Below, piece by piece: positions 62,670 to 64,000 of a DNA stretch of 64,000 nt. A program made the translations under genes and the position numbers. Every line of letters begins with the position of its first letter. Positions within the stretch are counted from its first letter, which is position 1. Source of the stretch: Mobula hypostoma (taxonomy: Eukaryota); the NCBI RefSeq assembly GCF_963921235.1, contig NC_086103.1, forward strand, positions 157,604,001-157,668,000. Direction: 5' to 3'. The notes below the pieces were generated by a model, which ran no database searches, was not told the origin of the DNA, and was given only the letters and a program-made list of their open reading frames with translations.

Positions 62670-63629
62670 TCTGGTTAAAATGGCGCTACTTTCTGGTTGT
62701 CAAAAAACTAAAAAATCTGACTAAAAAATCACTAAAAATACCTTCCCTGGAGTAAATTGTGTTAAATTATTGCCACAAACAATGAAACGGCGAGCGATGG
62801 TGAGGTGAGTTTGGGGGATGAGCTGAGATGGTGTGTTGCAGATGGAGTTCCGATGCCTGTACAACTGGTCCGGGAACGAGGTTTGGATTGCTCTGGGCGC
62901 TGAACTGATTTGAAGAGCTTGAGAGCGGCTTTGGGCTAGGTGACGAAATCGGGGCCCAGAGTGAATCACTGGGCGGTGTGGTCTAGGCCCAGAGCCTTTC
63001 ACAGCAGCAGTGCCGGGTCCTAGTGCAAGGTACAAGAGCCAAATTCGAGCCAAGAGCAGAATTTGCTTATTCTCCACGACAGTCATCTCCAGGGTACTGA
63101 GGCTGTGAAGACTGCCCTGCCTGCTGTGCTCTGTGCCACTAATATGATGAACTGATAAGCGAGGCTTTGGGCCTATTCCGGGCTGTTCTAGGGTTCAGAT
63201 CTGACGACTCACTTTTGGTTCGGAATGCTGTTGTTCGCTTCAGTTGTTTGCATGATTTGTATTTTTCTTCCTTCTCTTGCACATCAAGAGTTGGTCTTTT
63301 ATTATTTTTTATTTTTATTCTTTTTCTTTCTTTAATTGAGTTCTTTCAGGTTTCTTACTCTGTGAGCAAGCAAATCTCAAGGCTGTATAATTTGTACATT
63401 CTTTGATAATAAATTGAACTTGGAATTTGAAGTTGTGCAAATAATAAAAAAAGTAAAAGTGTTTCCAGCATTTTCTGTTTTTGTTCCAGTGATCCTAATA
63501 GTAGGGTAGGGTACAATTTATTTAGTTGCATCTATTAATCCAAACAAGTAAGAAACATTATTAATATATTTTTCATAATATCTTTCCCAAGCAAAATGTG
63601 TCTACATTCTTTTTACTTTATTTGTTTAG

Positions 63630-63723
63630 AATCCTATAGGACTACAACAATCAAGGAGAGAAGCCATACTCCTTGCCAAAATGAAGCATCCCAACATAGT
63701 TGCATTTGTGGACTCATTTGAAG
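63630..63723 (+). CDS. NEK3: NEK3 second coding exon ([31 protein letters not shown]; 94 nt)
   Basis: Kinase alphaC and subdomain IV ([17 protein letters not shown]). Acceptor gtttag|, donor |gtgagt. Confidence 0.93.
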
Positions 63724-64000
63724 GTGAGTGATTTGCGAATGCAGTCTTCCTGAGGTTTTATTTTGGTAAATATCCTCATTTTCCTATTGAACACCACTGA
63801 AAGGACTGGATTTAATAGGTCTTTCAGCACAGAGATGGGCTATTTCTTGTGACAGGTCCTTGCTGTTGTTTGTGCACTGCTTGAGTCTTATATTATTATC
63901 CATTATATCCCCACCATGGAGCACATGTACAGGAGTGTTGTCACAGGAAGGCAGCATCCATCATCAGGGACCTCCGCCACCCAATCCGTGCTCTCTTCTC

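Noticed and set aside
61556-63723. Calling the kinase NEK5 or NEK1
   Set aside because: [12 protein letters not shown], the 94-nt second exon and the position next to CKAP2 favour NEK3. Only 70 codons are visible, so some doubt remains.
1-64000. CRISPR arrays, rRNA or true tRNA genes
   Set aside because: There is no repeat-spacer periodicity or rRNA sequence, and all tRNA-like boxes are SINE heads.

Overview
Vertebrate genomic DNA. The repeat content (CR1, Rex1/Babar, Penelope, V-type SINEs) suggests a cartilaginous fish, probably a ray; this is an inference. Three spliced protein-coding genes can be rebuilt by hand with consistent splice phases: VPS36 exons 1-3 (minus strand, continuing off the left edge), a complete 9-exon CKAP2 (plus strand, 2403 nt CDS, 800 aa) head-to-head with VPS36, and the first two coding exons of NEK3 (plus strand, continuing off the right edge). 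The rest is mostly transposon debris: a decayed Tc1 element, many CR1 and Rex1 LINE fragments, SINEs, three solo LTRs with target-site duplications (TSDs), a Harbinger MITE, and an internally deleted Gmr1-type Gypsy element with a tRNA-Pro primer-binding site. The most notable signal is a family of Penelope-like inserts whose terminal repeat carries a minimal type-I hammerhead ribozyme motif (CUGANGA...GAAACGUC, with a palindromic ACGU stem III). These inserts recur as fold-back (inverted) units of about 90 bp to 2.4 kb flanked by 12-14 bp TSDs. One 1.4 kb palindromic insert in CKAP2 intron 2 holds two nearly intact ribozymes on opposite strands, and one fragment starts exactly at the predicted cleavage site. 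Repeat boundaries are approximate unless a TSD or terminal repeat is quoted.
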